Of a DNA stretch of 64,000 nt, positions 59,583-64,000 are shown piece by piece. Both the position numbers and the translations under genes were made by a program. This DNA is from Dipteris shenzhenensis (Eukaryota), in the NCBI GenBank assembly GCA_047967505.1, contig CM106538.1; one strand, given 5' to 3'. The notes below the pieces were generated by a model. That model did no database searches and was not told the origin of the DNA. It saw only the letters and a program-made list of their open reading frames with translations. Position 1 is the stretch's first letter. Every line of letters starts with the position of its first letter.

Positions 59583-61885
59583 GTAAGTTCAATTCTTTTT
59601 CTCCTTCGACATTACTGCCTCACATAAATTGGAGAGTCCAGTATAATCTTTGGCCACAATGGCTTCAGGCTCCTTTGTAGACATTTGATAAGCCTACCAC
59701 TGCTGCTTTTCCCATCACGTACGAAAATCTTAGTCTATCACGGACACAGTGCCAGGTTAGTCTATCACGGAAACAGTGCCAGGGAAATTACTCTATCAGG
59801 TTTTGGAGCATACGGAAACAGTAACAAAGCTGTAGCGGCAAGGAAGAAAAGACGATTGCATTCCTATGCAATTGCAGATTCTACCTTCCTTCAGAGATCA
59901 ATAGTTTTACTGACTGCAGGATGCATTTTTAGAGGATCGCCAACTTATGAAGGTATGGATGCACGATGATTCACGTAGTACTGGATAGGTGCTCTGGCCA
60001 TGCTTAGAAGGCCATGGAGCAAGTGGAAAATGGTCTGACCTTAAGCCAGTTTATTGTTCACGTTGTGAAAATGTATACAAGAACCTCCGTGAAGACCCCA
60101 ACATTAGACTAAATGCATTGATCGATTTCCACCGGGTTCCATCACTGCACAAAATAAACCTGAGGCCGCATGATAGCAAATGGCTCATGTGTGACAGACA
60201 ACGAGATAACCTTTGGCTATCTCTCTCTCTTCCTTTTATGCTTCGATAGTCACGGCGATATGTGCCTTATGCATTATGTCTGATGATTTCTACATGTCTT
60301 TTGTACTTCAACAAAAATCTCGTTAGTTCTCTTTCGCCTTAGTTATTATCTGTATAAAGGCTTTTTACAGTCTGCTAAAAGCATTCATGCTCTTTCGTTA
60401 CCACATCTTTCCAGGATAGCCAATCGCTTAGAGAAGCGATCTATGATGCAATTGGAAAAGTAGAATATCAGTTTACAATCAGTACTATCGATCTGCTGAA
60501 ATGTTAGATTACTCTATGGCAATGCATACTGGTTTGTATATAGGAAAAAGAGGTGAAGCACAGCTACATATTTTTTATTTGCTAGGACATACTAGCTTGA
60601 AAAAGAAGATATGAAGTACATTGGCTTGTAAGAACCAATTTCGTAGATAGATCTCATGTCTCTTTTGGAGGAAATCGGTAAATTTTGTGTGATCCGTGGG
60701 GTTGATGCTAGTCGCATAGGTATGTTTGAGAATCTAGCACATCTTCAAAAAAGAGATGATGGAACACCCACCCACAAAATACCTTGCATACGTATAGTAA
60801 TATCAGCTCAGTTGGCCTCTTGTTTTTTCCTAGTTCCTAGGAAACATAAAAGCCCATGTGATAACATATTTGCTATGGCTACAAGGGAGTTTGGTAGCAA
60901 AGAAATGGAAAGCCAATAGTCTCAAGCACGCTCCTCTATAGTAAAACATGTATTAAATAAACTCCTATTCTCGAGTAGGAGGGTGAAAGGGTAGCGTAAA
61001 GCTCTAAATTAATGTTATATCTTTTATAAATTAAGCAACTATGATGGACAAAAGTCACTAATGGGCTCATGTGCATTTAGTCTCTCTCTCTCTCCCCCCC
61101 CCCTTCCCTTCATGATGAGCTCTCTTAACGTGCACTCTTATGTGCACAATTGCCTTGCATACACATGTGCATGCTTGTCTCCCCCTCCCCGCTTTAGAGC
61201 CTTGCATGTGCATGCTTCGAGTTCCCCCCCCCCAAAAAAAAAACACACACATACCTATTTCTCAAGATATAATCTTGAGCCAATCGATCTATAAACATGT
61301 AAGGTATTAGGTTCTTTCATGGAATGGGATCACATTAAATTGGAGGGACTTACAGACCATTTACAGACATGAGAGAGTTAAAAACATACTATGATATGTA
61401 CCTGTAGGGAGGAGACTTCTAAATTCAAAATTAGGACATGTATAAGTGTGGAAGAGGAGTAATTTGTAAACAGTTATCTAAAAGCTGTAATTTTTTAATA
61501 TAGGGCTATTTCAAATATTTGCTTGCTCACACATGTTTGGTGGTTTTTTACACGTTAACCGCCCCGTAATTATGATTGAGGCAATATTGGCCCACAAATT
61601 TAGTTACCAATTTAGAGCCAACCAAGTCTACAAATTTCCCAACAACGTTAGTAAGGCATCCTTGGCAAACATTTAATCATCATGCCGGTAGACTCTAGAG
61701 TGTTTGATGTCAACAATGTCATGACTCTTAGCATATTTGAAATCATCATTAAGTGAGACTAGAGCTTGCAAATTATCAATGAATTGATGAAATTCTAGGT
61801 GGATGGAATGAAGGACTCTATAATAATTTATGAGAACCCAAATCTCAAGAGGTTCACTATATATAAGTGCTCTACATAACATGCA

Positions 61886-62090
61886 TTCAAGGCCTAATTA
61901 AAAATTTATTGGTCTCTGAGTTTGTTATGAATAAAAGACACCCATTTTCTATTCAATCTAGGAATAACTCCCTTAAATAGTACCCTTATGTATATAAAAG
62001 ATGTATCCAAAAAATATAAATTAATAACTAATCCCTACTCTTGAACCTACGTGTGCTTACATATGTGTGAGTGACCCACTAGAGACTCGA
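61886..62090 (+). repeat. Old dispersed repeat, copy 2
   Basis: Colinear with 57059-57260. Confidence 0.7.
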
Positions 62091-64000
62091 ATTATATGGG
62101 CATGGTGGCCTAAAATTATGTACATAACTTGCATCATACATTCTGCCCTCATAGATTAGACCCATGACCTTCCTAAAGAGCCATTTGAAAATATGAGCCA
62201 CATGCTCAAAGGACTTGTTGGCGAAAATCCCTCTATGAACCAATAATTATTAATAGAAGTAGTTTCTTTCTTGGTTTGTTTCATAAAAGTCCATATTTCA
62301 AAGGAAGAGCGAATTCTCATTTTTATCAATTTCCCCTTAGTATACAAATTAGGAAGCCTCTCAGCAATACGTTTCTCTTTGACAATATCTTCAAAGTAAC
62401 TAGCAGCATTGGATCTTGTTCATATATCGTACAAGCTTTGTGCATGCCTAAGTTCAACCTAGAAGCTTCCCTAAGGTCCTCTAGCATAAGGCTAGGTAAG
62501 GTCCATGTCAAAAGACATTCAAGGAACATCCACCACCATAATATTCTTTCACTTTTGTTTGATAATGAAATAAAGGAATCTTTGGCCTCACTACTTGATC
62601 AAATCTTTTCCATAGGAGAGTCACTATATGTAAACCATATGTATAAGCATGCACATTCTAGGCCTATAATTTTATTAAAACCATGATTTAGAACTGTCCT
62701 TCTATTGAGTGTGCGTGATAGTCACTTTTTTTCTACGTGACCCGGCCCTAAGAGCTTTTCAAGGACCTAGAATTACGATTCTAGGGGTCATCGCTTTGTC
62801 ATATATGGCAAAGGCTAGATTATACCATGGTTGAAGGCGATATGGGACTCTTCCTAAAACTACATAGCATAGGTAGCCATGTAAGGGGCATGCATGGCCT
62901 TTAGGCCATGTACACCCTATGTTGGGATTAATTCCTCATAATTATCCTTGATTTTAAGATGGTGTATGCACTCAACCTACATATAACGTGCTTTCAAGGG
63001 TAGAATTCAACTGTCTAGTTATATACGGGTCTTGCATTTCCTTCTCTCTATAAGAAATTGAACCCTATATGTTATAAATTTAAAAACCCCTTCTATATGT
63101 ATAACTTGTGATTTTATCACATTAAAGGTCCCATTACTAAAACCACATTGTTTGGTTACTTTTTTAATGGAATCTTAGTTCCTCTTATTATCATGCTTTG
63201 GCTTTTTCTTAGTGTGGGTGTAGATCATGTTTTCACTCAAAGGCTCATTCATTTGTCAACCCTATAGATCATGTCCAATCTTTGATGTTCATCACGCTCT
63301 AGCTTAACTTGCCTATACTAATTGTCTAGCTTAACTTGCCTATACTAATTGTGAAATCAAGTTTGTGTAGCTCATGTCTACTAAAAGTCTCATCTCTAGA
63401 CCATATAGTTCATGTCCAATTTCAGAGGCTCATTTGAAGGGGGTCACTAATATATCTATGAATGTTGCAGTACGATTAAAGGGCACTTTTTTTATATACA
63501 AATATGTAACCTTTTTTCAAAATGTTTTAAATGGTATTCATTTGTAAATATATTCAGGTTAAAAACATTGATTTGAAAATGTCCTTCTATTGAACTCACC
63601 TGGTATTCACATTTTTCTATATGAACCCCCCCTCAGGACTAGGCTCATCTCTCTTTTTCCTACAGTGGCTTTAAAGGTGCAATCATCCATCTTTTACAGC
63701 ACCAAATGGGTTAATCCTAGTTTTATGGCTTCTTGTTCATCACTATGAACTTGGTTTTGTTAAGTGTTACGATCATTTTGTAGCCATATATCTAGTTCAT
63801 ATGTTGGGTTAATTACCTTTTGTGCCTTCCTGGCAAGACTTAACATGACCAAAATGAGAAGACTTGCAGAGACATATCATGTCCTTATCTTTTGTGGTCA
63901 CAGGGTTATTAATACCATCCCATATCATTAAGGCATGTTTCATGAGAGCTTTTAATACTCGTTGTAAGCTCATAGTCTCATACTACAAGATGTATTCATC

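Noticed and set aside
60190-60240. Partial resemblance to a conserved plant miRNA (gacaacgaga..)
   Set aside because: Only about 10 nt match and no precursor hairpin.

Overview
Eukaryotic, repeat-dominated land-plant DNA. A non-seed plant such as a fern or lycophyte is inferred from the TE repertoire and the giant intron; this is not proven. One complete host gene is present: a two-exon THA8-family short PPR gene (28393-28716 + 43034-43414) whose 14.3-kb intron is a stack of nested TE relics. A second gene may start near 59.4-59.6 kb behind a CpG-rich ABRE/G-box promoter. The rest is decayed mobile DNA. (i) A minus-strand Penelope-like retroelement of the Naiad/Chlamys type (18-20142) has >=2.35-kb direct repeats, no visible GIY-YIG endonuclease and a long unexplained N-terminal region. 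(ii) A full-length CACTA-family element with CACAA termini and TAA TSD (3018-10759) carries two head-to-head genes around a tiny bidirectional promoter, and the end of a second copy sits at 1-17. (iii) A gag-only mini-Copia lies at 14708-16987. (iv) A Sola-type DDD transposase carries an N-terminal En/Spm Tnp1-like domain and is preceded by an array of palindromic repeats. (v) hAT, chromovirus, non-chromo Gypsy and CACTA relics fill the remainder. All calls are by-eye motif recognition and manual translation; no database search was run.
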